NCBI GenBank assembly: GCA_963851265.1
Contig: CAWKNZ010000002.1
Location: forward strand, 352,001 to 416,000
Length of the DNA: 64,000 nt
Direction: 5' to 3'
DNA from: an uncultured Gemmatimonadales bacterium
GTDB lineage: Bacteria > Gemmatimonadota > Gemmatimonadetes > Gemmatimonadales > Gemmatimonadaceae
The notes below the pieces were generated by a model. That model saw nothing but the letters and a program-made list of their open reading frames with translations. It made no database searches and was not told the DNA's origin. The translations under genes and the position numbers were made by a program. Below, one piece after another: positions 18,976-30,341 of the stretch (position 1 is its first letter; each line of letters opens with the position of its first letter).

Positions 18976-20901
18976 TCAATTCCGCCCCACCTCGGCCGGC
19001 GACGTGCCGGCGGTGCCGGCCTCGTCGCCGCTCATGCGCTCGGCGGCGTCGGGCGGCTCGATGGGCGGGCCGCTCTGGTCGAGGACCGCGTCGGGGACGA
19101 CGTAGCGGGCCGACTCGCGGAGCGCGGTCGCGACCGCGCGGCGCGTGTCGTCGACGCGCTCCGCGCGGCCCGCCAGGAGCAAGCGTTGGGCGCGGAACCG
19201 CTGGCCGCTTTCGACGCAGAACAGGTCGCACAGCGCGAGCTCGTGCGCGCACGCGGCCGCGCCGCGCGCCTCGACGAGCTTCTGCGTGCGCGCGATGGTG
19301 GCGGCGCGCGCGTAGAGCTCGATCGCCATGTTGGCGAGGCGCTCGGTGACGAACTGGCGCTCGACGAGCTTCCGGCGGTGCTGCGTGATGGCCGCCTCGG
19401 TGGCCGCCTTGAGCTCGGCGACGTGCTTCTCGAAGTAGCGCTTGTGCGGCAGCAGGCGCTCGTCCAGGCGGGCGGCGACGCCGTCGGCGAGCGGGGCGGC
19501 GCCTAACGGGGCGGCCGCGGAGCGCACCCGCGCGGTGACGCGCTCGGTGGCGTAGCCGGCGACGACGTTGAACTCGTGGATCGGGTTCCGGAGCGCCCTG
19601 CCCACGGCCTCGAGCCGGCCGGCGGGCTCCTGCACGCCGTTGAGCGCGACGAACAGCCGGAGCACGTCGTTGGCGCCCTCGAAGATGCGGTTGATGCGCG
19701 CGTCGCGGAGCATGCGCTCGTACGGGTACGGCTTGACGTAGCCGCGGCCGCCCGCGATCTGCACCATGTCGTCGGTGGCGCGCCAGACCGTTTCGGAGGC
19801 GAACACCTTGGCCGCGGCCGCCTCGAGCGACGCGTCGACCTCGGGGTTGTCGAGCGCGGCCGAGAGGTGGCCGACGATGGCGTCGCAGGCGTACGCGTCG
19901 GCGGCGTTCGACGACAGCTTGCGCTGCGTGATCTCGAAGGCGGCGAGCGGGGCGCCGAACTGCACGCGTTGCTCCGCGTAGCGCGCCATCTCGCCGACGA
20001 CGTCCTTGGTGCTCTGTGCGCAGCCGGCCGCCAGGGCGAGGCGTCCGCCGTTGAGCACGTTGACGGCGACGCTGAACCCCTTGCCGACCGTGCCGAGGAC
20101 GTGGTCGTCGGGGACGCGCAGGCCGTCGAAGGCGAGTTCGGCCTGGGTGGAGCCGCGGATGCCCATCTTGCGCACCGTGCCGACTACGCGGAAGCCGGGC
20201 ATGTCGGGGCGGACGATGAAGGCGGTGGGCTTGTGCGTCGGCCGGCCGTCCTTGCCGGTCACCGGCGTCTGCGCGAACACGGTGATCACGCCGGCGCGGT
20301 GCGCGAGGCCGATCCAGTGCTTGCGGCCGTGGATGCGCCACGCGCCACCGTCGGGGTCGCGCTCCGCCCGCGTGACGATGTGCTGCGCGTCCGAGCCGGT
20401 CTCGGGCTCGGTGAGCGCGTAGGCGGCGAGGGTCTCGCCGCGGGCGAGCATCGGGAGGTACCGCGCCTTCTGCTCGTCCGTGCCGAACAGGACGAGGGGC
20501 TTGCAGCCCAGCCCCGCGTGGACGCCGAGCAGCACGCCAAGGGAGGCGTCCATGGCGGCGACGGCACCGAAGACGCGGGCGTAGCCGGTGTTGGAGAGCC
20601 CCACGCCGCCGTAGTCGCGCGGCACCGTGATGCCGAGCAGTCCCGCGTCCGCAAAGGCGCGGATGGTCTCTTCGGGGAGCGTCTCTTCCTCGTCGAAGCG
20701 GGCCGAATCGATCAGCCCGCCGGCCTTCATCTCGTCGAGCGCGACCAGAAGTCGGCGCACGACGCGGGCCTCCTCGGGGCGCTGGCGCTCGAGCGAGTCG
20801 GGGTAGGGGAAGAGCAGCGCGTCGTCGATGCGGCCCCCGAAGAGGCCGCGGAGGAAGGACGGCCTGGGTGTCCGCGCGTCCGAGGGGCGTGTGTCCGGCA
20901 T
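18976..20901 (-). CDS. Acyl-CoA dehydrogenase (ACAD9/VLCAD-like long form)
   Basis: YALTEPETGSDA, KMGIRGS, QIAGGRGY, RIFEGANDVLR, extended C-terminal domain. Confidence 0.93.
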   Translation of the reverse strand: MPDTRPSDARTPRPSFLRGLFGGRIDDALLFPYPDSLERQRPEEARVVRRLLVALDEMKAGGLIDSARFDEEETLPEETIRAFADAGLLGITVPRDYGGVGLSNTGYARVFGAVAAMDASLGVLLGVHAGLGCKPLVLFGTDEQKARYLPMLARGETLAAYALTEPETGSDAQHIVTRAERDPDGGAWRIHGRKHWIGLAHRAGVITVFAQTPVTGKDGRPTHKPTAFIVRPDMPGFRVVGTVRKMGIRGSTQAELAFDGLRVPDDHVLGTVGKGFSVAVNVLNGGRLALAAGCAQSTKDVVGEMARYAEQRVQFGAPLAAFEITQRKLSSNAADAYACDAIVGHLSAALDNPEVDASLEAAAAKVFASETVWRATDDMVQIAGGRGYVKPYPYERMLRDARINRIFEGANDVLRLFVALNGVQEPAGRLEAVGRALRNPIHEFNVVAGYATERVTARVRSAAAPLGAAPLADGVAARLDERLLPHKRYFEKHVAELKAATEAAITQHRRKLVERQFVTERLANMAIELYARAATIARTQKLVEARGAAACAHELALCDLFCVESGQRFRAQRLLLAGRAERVDDTRRAVATALRESARYVVPDAVLDQSGPPIEPPDAAERMSGDEAGTAGTSPAEVGRN

Positions 20902-21011
20902 CCCGACTCGTACCCGTGAGGGCCGGGGATGATCGGGCGCGTACGCCACGCGGGGCGCCGTCGGACGTTGCCGACGGCGCCCCGCGTAGCGTGCCAACCT
21001 GACCGCCGGAA

Positions 21012-22217
21012 TTACTGGACGGTGACGGTGAGCGTGGCCGCGGTGCCTTGCGGCGCGTTGTTGGCGTCGAGCGCCTGCACGGTGATCGTCGTGGTGCCGG
21101 ACGCGACCGCGGTGAGCTGTGTGCTGCCGCTGCTGACGCCCGGGATGGTGGCGACCCCTGGGTTGCTCGACGTCACCCTGAACGTGCGGTTGAACAGCGT
21201 GTTGCCGACCGCGTCGAGGGGCGTGAGCGTCAGCGCGGTCGTGGTGCCGGTTGCGACGGTGAGCGTGGTGATCGTCCCGCTGGCGTTGGAGATGCGCACC
21301 GTGTTGGTCGGGGCGAGCACCGCGACCGTCACCGTCGTGACGCGCTGGCCGAGCAGGGGGTACCCGGGCACGACGTCGGCGGTGGCCGTCACCGTCGTGG
21401 TGTAACCGGCGGTGACCGGGGTGGCGAGGCCGCTGAGGCTGTCGATCGCGAGGATCGTCGGGTTGGTACTAGCCCACACCACCTTGCGGTTGACGACCGC
21501 CTGAAGACTGTCGGTGACCGTAGCCGTGAAGAACTGCGTCTGCCCGGTGTAGATCGTCGAGTTGGTGGGGGCGACCCGGACGTCGATGACCGGCGTGAGG
21601 GTCACGGTCGTGAGGACCGAGTCGACCGCCGGGGTGGCGCCCGGCCCGTTGTCGACCGTCGCGACCACCCACGACGTGCCGAGCGCGGCGGGCGTGACGA
21701 CGCCCGTGCTCGTGATCGAGAGCACGGCCGGAGTACGGGACACCCACGCGATCGCGCGGCCCCCGATGGCGTTGCCCACGGTGTCGAGGACCGTGGCGCC
21801 GAGTGAGTTGATCGCCCCCTGCCGGAAGATCGGGGTGCGCGGGCCGATGATGATCTGGCGCGCGAACACGGGGCGTACGGTGATGAGGGCGCTGTCTTGC
21901 TTCCCGCTGCTCTCGCCGACGATGTACGTGGTGCCGTTCTTCTGGCCGACGATGACGCCGTTGGTCGCGTTGACGCTCGCGATGTTGGGGTCGCGCGACT
22001 GGTACGTGACGTTGTAGCGCGAGCCGCTCAGGGCCTGGCTGCCGTCGAAGGCGACGCCGGACGCGACCGACTGCTGGCCGACGCTGATGACGGTCGGCGA
22101 CACGCTCACGCTGACGCGGGATACGGGGTGCACGCCGGTGAGGAACGTGCAGCCACTGCCCGCGAGCGCGGCGGCTGCGGCGAACAAAGAAACGGCGGTC
22201 GTGCGGAGGGGCCGCAT
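21012..22217 (-). CDS. Lipoprotein with tandem Ig-like (Big_2) domains
   Basis: Lipobox-like LAGSGC. About four Thr/Val-rich repeats with S.NP.(I/V)A..S.G motifs. Confidence 0.75.
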   Translation of the reverse strand: MRPLRTTAVSLFAAAAALAGSGCTFLTGVHPVSRVSVSVSPTVISVGQQSVASGVAFDGSQALSGSRYNVTYQSRDPNIASVNATNGVIVGQKNGTTYIVGESSGKQDSALITVRPVFARQIIIGPRTPIFRQGAINSLGATVLDTVGNAIGGRAIAWVSRTPAVLSITSTGVVTPAALGTSWVVATVDNGPGATPAVDSVLTTVTLTPVIDVRVAPTNSTIYTGQTQFFTATVTDSLQAVVNRKVVWASTNPTILAIDSLSGLATPVTAGYTTTVTATADVVPGYPLLGQRVTTVTVAVLAPTNTVRISNASGTITTLTVATGTTTALTLTPLDAVGNTLFNRTFRVTSSNPGVATIPGVSSGSTQLTAVASGTTTITVQALDANNAPQGTAATLTVTVQ

Positions 22218-22263
22218 GATCGTGAGGTAGAGTGGGCGGAGCGAATGTGGGCGGCGCGGCAGA

Positions 22264-24384
<2,121 letters not shown>

Positions 24385-24436
24385 CTATTTGGGCGGTGTG
24401 GCGTGCTGCGTCGCGGCCCGGATTTAGGTTGGGCGC

Positions 24437-24820
24437 ATGCGAAACCTAGTGTGGGCCGAGGTGGGGCTCGTGGCCGCGGGCGGGGCGCTCGGGTGCGTGT
24501 CGCGGTACGTCGCGGCGCTCGCGGCGGGCCCGGTGTCGGCGGGGTTTCCGTGGGGGACGTTCGCGATCAACGTCGTCGGGTCGTTCGTGCTCGGCGCGCT
24601 GCTCGGCGGGCTGCCGCCGGGGCACGCGGGGCGGTTGCTGTTCGGGACCGGATTCTGCGGCGGGTTCACGACGTTCTCGACGTTCAGTACGGAGGTCGTC
24701 GGGCTCGTCGAGCGCGGGGCGTGGGGGCGGGCCGGGGTGTACGCGGGCGGGAGCGTGCTGGCCGGCGTGCTGGCGGCGGCAGCCGGAATCGCGGTGGGGC
24801 GGGTGGTGGTGACGCGGTAG
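24437..24820 (+). CDS. crcB: Fluoride efflux channel Fluc/CrcB
   Basis: GGALG..RY, PWGTFAINVVGSF, TGFCGGFTTFSTFS. Confidence 0.93.
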   Translation: MRNLVWAEVGLVAAGGALGCVSRYVAALAAGPVSAGFPWGTFAINVVGSFVLGALLGGLPPGHAGRLLFGTGFCGGFTTFSTFSTEVVGLVERGAWGRAGVYAGGSVLAGVLAAAAGIAVGRVVVTR

Positions 24821-24917
24821 CGCTGATGCCGGGGCGGGCGGAGCCGCTGCGCGTCTCCTCGCTGCGATCGAGCGCGCCTGCGAGGGCGCCCGCCGCCCGC
24901 CGGCTCAGGGGTGCGTG

Positions 24918-25727
24918 TTAGGCAGCCGCGGCGCGCAGTGCGGCCGCGGCGTGCGGTGCGGCCGCGACGACTTCGGCGGGGGCGGTGGTGCGGGCGCGGG
25001 CGGCTTCGGTTCGGGCGAGTTCGGTGAGGGCGTCGCGCATCGCGGATTCGCCGCCGAACTGGAAGCCGAGTTGCGAGGCGTAGGCGGCGCACGCGTCGAG
25101 CTTGGCGGCGAAGGCCGCCTCCGTGGGGTGGAGGGCGACGTCGACGAGATCGTGGGCGATAGGGTCGGGCGGAAGGGCGCCGGGGTGGCGGATGACGTAC
25201 GGGGTGTCGCGGTACCATGCCGTGGCGAGGGGGCGGCCGGCGGCGGCGCGGGTGTGCGCGATCTCGCGCACCGCGCGGACGACGTGCCGGTGGTCGGCGT
25301 GGCCGCCGATGGCCTGGGGAGCGAAGACGAGGGCGGGGGCGAGTTCGTCGACGAGCGCGGCGACGTCGGCTGCGACGGCGCGCCACGCGTCGGCGTCGGC
25401 GGGATGCACGCCGGCGAAGAGGGCGGCGGCGGAGTGGTAGCCGCGGTGCGGGGCCTCGGCGTGCGCGAGCCAGCGGACGGAGGCAGCGCCTAACGCACGC
25501 GCCGCCTCGGCGTCCTCGGCGCGGCGGAGGGCCATGTAGTCGACGTCGGCACCGAGGCCCTTGTCGGTCTGGCAGGCGAGGGCGAAGCCCCGCGGATCGG
25601 GGATGGAGCGGGTGAAGACGGTGACGAGGTGCGCGTCCCAGCCGCCCGCGGCGAGCGCGGCGAACGCGGCGCCGCAACTGAACGCGACGTCGTCGAGGTG
25701 CGGCGAGAGGAAGAGTGCGTTGGGCAC
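24918..25727 (-). CDS. PIG-L/LmbE (MshB/BshB-like) N-acetyl deacetylase
   Basis: LSPHLDD and GGHADH metal motifs, RRAED, YASQL. Last gene of the operon. Start approximate. Confidence 0.88.
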   Translation of the reverse strand: MPNALFLSPHLDDVAFSCGAAFAALAAGGWDAHLVTVFTRSIPDPRGFALACQTDKGLGADVDYMALRRAEDAEAARALGAASVRWLAHAEAPHRGYHSAAALFAGVHPADADAWRAVAADVAALVDELAPALVFAPQAIGGHADHRHVVRAVREIAHTRAAAGRPLATAWYRDTPYVIRHPGALPPDPIAHDLVDVALHPTEAAFAAKLDACAAYASQLGFQFGGESAMRDALTELARTEAARARTTAPAEVVAAAPHAAAALRAAAA

Positions 25728-25741
25728 GGCGGGCGGCGCGC

Positions 25742-26998
25742 TCAGAGTAGGTGCGGGGCGGCGCGGAAGCGGCAGGGGTCGATGGCGTCGTCGAACGGCC
25801 ACCACCGGTCGGGGCCGCGGTAGTCGCGCACGACCCGTGCGTACTCGCCGACGATCTGCCGCGCGATGGCGGGCCACGAATAGGTGGCGCGCACCTCCGC
25901 GAGGGCGGCGGCGGCGAGGCGCGCGCGGAGTGGGGCGTCGTCGAGGATGCGCGCGAGGGCGGCCGTGAGGGCGGGCACGTCGCCCGGGCCGACGAGCAAG
26001 CCGTTCTCGCCGTCGCGCAGACAGTCGACCACGCCCACGGTGCGGGTGCTGACGACGGCGAGTCCACTCGCCATCGCTTCGAGGATGGTGTTGCTGAACC
26101 CCTCGGCGTAGGTCGGGGAGACGAATACGTCGCCGCCGTGGTAGACGCGCGGCACGTCGTCGTACGCCGCGGGGCCGCGGAGCGTAACGCGGTCGGTGAG
26201 GCCGAGTTCGCGCGTGCGCTCGGCGACGGCGGCGGAGTCGGGGCCGATACCCGAGACGACGAGGCGCGCGGGGCGGCCGCCGCACGTCAGGGCGGCGAAT
26301 GCATCGAGCAGGTCGAGCGCGCCCTTGCGACGGTCGACGCGGCCGTGGTACACGAGCCGCGGCTCGTCGGGGTCGACGAGGGCGCCGGGGGTCCAGCCCC
26401 CGCGCGGGGTGAAGCGGGTGACGTCGACCGCACCGGGAACGATGGTGAGGCGGTCGAGCGCGACGCCGAGGTTGGCGTGCACCTCCTCGGCGAAGGAGCG
26501 GGCGCCGATGAGGAGGGCGTCGGCGTGGGCGAGGACGGCCTGCATGGCGCGGCGGTGGGTGCCGCAGCAGAGGCCGACCCAGTGCCCGTCGCCGCCCTGG
26601 ATGCTCACCACGACGGGGAGGCCGAGGCGGCGACCGGCTTCGAGGGCGGCGAAGCCGTTGGGGTAGCCGTACTGGGCGTGGAGGAGGTCGAAGGGGCGCT
26701 CGGCGTGGAGCCGCTCGACGAGGGCGACGCGGGTGTGGAGGTCGCGCTCGAAGTCGGCGGCGGCGCCGGCCGTCGCGGCGGCCTCGCCCGCGCTCTCGAC
26801 GCCGACCACGCGCACGCCGGCGACGGCCGGGGGCGGCCCGCCGCCGTAGACGGCGGTGCCGGCGGCGTCGGCGCGATAGTCGGAGAGCATGGTCACGTCA
26901 TGGCCTAACGCGACGAGCTCCCGCAGGAGGTTGGCGGCGTAGACGCTCATCCCCGAGACCGCGGGGAAGAAGCGGCGGGAGAGGAAGCAGACGCGCAT
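25742..26998 (-). CDS. Glycosyltransferase family 4 (MshA/BshA-like fold)
   Basis: MRVCFLSRRFFPAVSGMSVY, GRVDRRKG, EGFSNTILEAMASG (ExxxxxxxE). ATGA overlap with the upstream gene. Confidence 0.92.
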   Translation of the reverse strand: MRVCFLSRRFFPAVSGMSVYAANLLRELVALGHDVTMLSDYRADAAGTAVYGGGPPPAVAGVRVVGVESAGEAAATAGAAADFERDLHTRVALVERLHAERPFDLLHAQYGYPNGFAALEAGRRLGLPVVVSIQGGDGHWVGLCCGTHRRAMQAVLAHADALLIGARSFAEEVHANLGVALDRLTIVPGAVDVTRFTPRGGWTPGALVDPDEPRLVYHGRVDRRKGALDLLDAFAALTCGGRPARLVVSGIGPDSAAVAERTRELGLTDRVTLRGPAAYDDVPRVYHGGDVFVSPTYAEGFSNTILEAMASGLAVVSTRTVGVVDCLRDGENGLLVGPGDVPALTAALARILDDAPLRARLAAAALAEVRATYSWPAIARQIVGEYARVVRDYRGPDRWWPFDDAIDPCRFRAAPHLL

Positions 26999-27843
26999 CA
27001 GCCGCCGCGCTCGGCGGCTCTCAGGTACGCCAGCGCCCGCGGGACCATCTCGTGCGCGCGGTGCGAGTCGCGGGACAGCTCGACGGTGACCAGCCGGTCG
27101 AAGCCGATCGCGCCGAGCGCGGCGAGGACCGACGGGGTATCCATGTCGCCCTCGCCGAACGGAAGGTGCTCGTGTACGCCGCGGCGCATGTCCTCGACGG
27201 CGACGGTGCCGAGGTCGGCGCGGCACTCGCGGACGGCGGCGGCGGGGTCGCGGTCGCCGGTGACGAGGCAGTGGCCGGTGTCGAGGGCGAGGCGGAGGAG
27301 CGGGGCGGCGGTGCCTAACGTATCGCGGAGGCGGCGCCAGTCGTCGACGGTCTCGACCAGCATGCCGGGCTCGGGCTCGAGCGACGCGGCGACGCCGCGC
27401 TCGGCGGCGAGCGCGACCACCTCGGCCACGCCCTGCTCCAGCCACCCCCACGCCTCGCCGCGGTCGACGCCCGGCCGCGGGACGCCGGCCCAAAAGCTGA
27501 CGGTCTCGCCGCCGCACTCGGCGCAGACGTCGAGGCAGCGGCGGAGGAAGTCGACGCGGCGCGCGCGCCCCTCGGGCGACGGGGTGACGAGCGTGGGCTC
27601 GTGCTTCGCGCGCGGGTCGAGGAGGTAGCGCGCGCCGGTCTCGACGACGAGGCCGAGCCCGAGGTCGCGGAGGCGCCGGGCGAGGGCGCGCGCGCGGTCG
27701 CGGAAGTCGTCCGCGAACGGGTCCAGGTGGTGCACGTCCAGCGTGAGCGCGACGCCGTCGTACCCCGCGTCGGCGATGAACGCGAGCGCGTCGTCGAGGC
27801 GGTGGTGCGCGGTGCCGTTCGTGTTGTAGGCGTAGCGGAGCAT
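26998..27843 (-). CDS. Sugar phosphate isomerase/epimerase (xylose-isomerase-like TIM barrel)
   Basis: GYDGV, LEPEPG, LALDTGH, EDM...HEHLPFGEG, VELSR metal-binding pattern. Confidence 0.88.
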   Translation of the reverse strand: MLRYAYNTNGTAHHRLDDALAFIADAGYDGVALTLDVHHLDPFADDFRDRARALARRLRDLGLGLVVETGARYLLDPRAKHEPTLVTPSPEGRARRVDFLRRCLDVCAECGGETVSFWAGVPRPGVDRGEAWGWLEQGVAEVVALAAERGVAASLEPEPGMLVETVDDWRRLRDTLGTAAPLLRLALDTGHCLVTGDRDPAAAVRECRADLGTVAVEDMRRGVHEHLPFGEGDMDTPSVLAALGAIGFDRLVTVELSRDSHRAHEMVPRALAYLRAAERGG

Positions 27844-27846
27844 GGC

Positions 27847-29421
27847 CTAACGGGTTGCGGTGGCTGGCGCGTTCTCGGCCGCGGCGGCTGCGGCCGCGGC
27901 CGAGAACGCCAGGACGTGCTCGCCGGGCTCGCGGTAGAGGGCGTAGAGGCGGCCGAGCCGGCGTTCCGCCTCGGCGACGTCGAACCAGCCGCTGCCGCCG
28001 AGTTCGGCCTCGGCCTCGGCGGTGAGCGGCACGCGAGCGACGCCGTCGGGGAGGTCGAGGTTGCCGCCGTGGGCGTTGATCCCGCCGAGTCCGTCGCCGC
28101 GTTCGGCGAGGAGTTGGAGGCCGCGCGGGCCGACGCGGTGGTAGCTCATGCCCTCGACCTCGAGCTCGGGGACGAGCACCTTGACCGCGCGCGACGGCGC
28201 GCCCGGCGCGGTCACGTCGACGTACCACACCTGCAGCTCGTCGCGATCCAACCGTTCGGTGACGTCGGCGAGGAGGGCAGCGGGGTCGTCGAGCGCGCCC
28301 GCCGGGACGGTGGGCAGGTCGGAGAACGGAACGCGCCGCCGCACCGAGAGGACGGTGTCGCGGATCATCGCTACGACCGCGTCGGGGCCCTGGGCCATCA
28401 GGTCGCGCATCGCGGCGAGCGCGCGGCCCTCCTCGTCCCACCCGGGCGGGTTGCGTTCGAGCCGGGCGCGGTAGTCGTCGGGGAGCAGCGGCGAGACGAC
28501 GTCCCAGCGGTCGTGCGCGAAGCGCTTGCGCACCCGGCTCGAGCAGAATTCCAGCATGGCCTTGCGGAGTGCGCGCTCCCGGTCGGGGTGGGCGGCCTCG
28601 CCGCAGGCGGTGAGCATGATCGGGTGCGGCGCCCGGCGCGGGTCGCGTTCGCCGCCGACCACGTACACGTTCGCGATCCCGAACGCGGTGGAGGCGAGCT
28701 TGGGGAGGACCTCGATGCCCGCGGCGTCGAGCCGGGCGCGGAGGTCCCGGACGACGGGGTCGGTGACGGCGTCGAGGTCGATGGCGACGCCCTGGTCGAG
28801 GGCGCGGTAGGCGAGCGAGTTGCCGTCGCGCTGGACGAGCTCGAGCAGGCCGTGGGCGAGGGCGCGTTCGAGCGTGTCGCCCGCGCCCATGCCGTTGGTG
28901 ATGGGCGTGAAGAGCCACTCGCCGGGGCCGGTGTCGCCGACGTTGCTCGCCGCGTACTCGAGCGGGACCCAGCGGCGGGCGCCGTCGGGCCATCGCACCG
29001 CCTCGACCCACTGCAGCGGGCGGTCGTGCGTGTAGCCGGTCCCGACCGGGAGTCGGCACTCGAGCGGGTCGAGGGCGAGGGTGCCCGCGCGGCGGAGTTC
29101 GTTGTAGCTGCCCGACCGGCGCGGGAGCGACCGGAACGACGCGAAGGTGCTGTAGGTCTCGACCATCTCGCCTAACGCACTGGCGCGGGCGGTGTGGTCG
29201 TCCGCGCCGTACCCGACGCCGGTGAGGGCTATGTCGTCGGGGGTGAACGCGGCGGCGTAGTAGACCGGAACGTCGAGCACGTCAAGCGCGTGGAGCGGGA
29301 ACTCGTAGCGCTCGAAGTCCGGGGGGATGGTTGCCCGGTACGCGGCGGCGGCGCGGGCGAGGGGGGCGTCGGTCACAGGCACACGGTCTCGGGGCGACGT
29401 GAAGGGGAGTGGCGCGCTCAA
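27847..29421 (-). CDS. YcaO-like family ATP-dependent enzyme (stand-alone)
   Basis: GVGYG...ASALGEMVE, TNGMGAG, ALAHGLLELVQRDG, ACGEAAHPDRERALRKAMLE, VKVLVPELE. Start is TTG 29421 (overlapping the upstream TGA) or GTG 29382/29376. Confidence 0.85.
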   Translation of the reverse strand: MSAPLPFTSPRDRVPVTDAPLARAAAAYRATIPPDFERYEFPLHALDVLDVPVYYAAAFTPDDIALTGVGYGADDHTARASALGEMVETYSTFASFRSLPRRSGSYNELRRAGTLALDPLECRLPVGTGYTHDRPLQWVEAVRWPDGARRWVPLEYAASNVGDTGPGEWLFTPITNGMGAGDTLERALAHGLLELVQRDGNSLAYRALDQGVAIDLDAVTDPVVRDLRARLDAAGIEVLPKLASTAFGIANVYVVGGERDPRRAPHPIMLTACGEAAHPDRERALRKAMLEFCSSRVRKRFAHDRWDVVSPLLPDDYRARLERNPPGWDEEGRALAAMRDLMAQGPDAVVAMIRDTVLSVRRRVPFSDLPTVPAGALDDPAALLADVTERLDRDELQVWYVDVTAPGAPSRAVKVLVPELEVEGMSYHRVGPRGLQLLAERGDGLGGINAHGGNLDLPDGVARVPLTAEAEAELGGSGWFDVAEAERRLGRLYALYREPGEHVLAFSAAAAAAAAENAPATATR

Positions 29422-30341
29422 CCGGCGGTCACCACCCGTCCCGCGCCGTGCGCCGCCCGCCAGGCGCGCTCGGGCACGCGCTCGCCCGTGGGGGCGCCGC
29501 CAGGGCCTAACACGACGCGGTCGGTGAACGGGTGCGGGGCGGCGAGGGCCAGATCGAGTAGGGCGCGCGCGGCCGGCATGCCGCCCGCGCGCACGACCTC
29601 CCACGGCGTCACGACGACGGCGGCGTCGACCGGGGCGAGGGTGCGCGCGTAGCCGGCGATCTGCGCGCGGGTGAGCGGGAGGTCGGCGTCGAACGCGAGG
29701 TGGGTGCTCACGCTCGTCGCCGCGCCCGCGGCGTCGACGGTGAACTTGAACGCATCGCCGCAGAAGAGGGTGCGGCGGGCCCGGCCCGCGTGCGGCGCGT
29801 CGTCCCAGACGAGCGCGGTGTGGCCCGGCGTGTGGCCGCCCGTGTGGACGAGGGCGACGCCCGGCGCGAGGTCGGCGCGGTCGTCGAAGGCCCACGACAC
29901 CGGCAGCGCCTTGGCGAAGCCGAGGTCGTCGCGGTGGAGTACGAGTTCGGGCGAGAACCGTTCGCACACGCGCCAGAGCGCGCCGTAGACGTGCGGGTGC
30001 GAGGCGGCGGCCCAGCGCACGCCGCCCGCGTCGGCGATCGCGTCGAGCGCCGCGTCGTCGTACCAGCCGCACCCCTCGAACGCGACGTTGCCATGCGGCG
30101 TGCGCAGGAGATAGCCCGACGGGCCGATGCCGATGGCCGGGCTCGCCGTGACGGCGAGAACGTCGGGCAGCACCTCCTCGACCGCGCACCGCGAGCGGGC
30201 GGCCACCGCGGCGGCGGTCGTGAAGCGCCACCCGTCGTCGGGGAGCGGGTGGCGGAAGTCCTCGCAGACGGGGCAGGCGGCCGGGGCGAAGTGGCGCTGC
30301 CAGAAGCCGCAGTGCTCGCAGACGAAGTACGCGAGAGGCAT
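29418..30341 (-). CDS. Metallo-beta-lactamase-fold protein with N-terminal Cys4 (rubredoxin/Zn-ribbon-like) motif
   Basis: CEHCG...CPVCED, SHPHVYG, HTGGHTPGH, LFCGD. ATGA overlap with the upstream gene. Confidence 0.8.
   Translation of the reverse strand: MPLAYFVCEHCGFWQRHFAPAACPVCEDFRHPLPDDGWRFTTAAAVAARSRCAVEEVLPDVLAVTASPAIGIGPSGYLLRTPHGNVAFEGCGWYDDAALDAIADAGGVRWAAASHPHVYGALWRVCERFSPELVLHRDDLGFAKALPVSWAFDDRADLAPGVALVHTGGHTPGHTALVWDDAPHAGRARRTLFCGDAFKFTVDAAGAATSVSTHLAFDADLPLTRAQIAGYARTLAPVDAAVVVTPWEVVRAGGMPAARALLDLALAAPHPFTDRVVLGPGGAPTGERVPERAWRAAHGAGRVVTAG

Noticed and set aside
24385..24436. Fluoride riboswitch upstream of crcB
   Set aside because: The intergenic region is only about 50 nt and lacks the GGCGATGG...CGCC/AAAC...GCTGATGAC signature.
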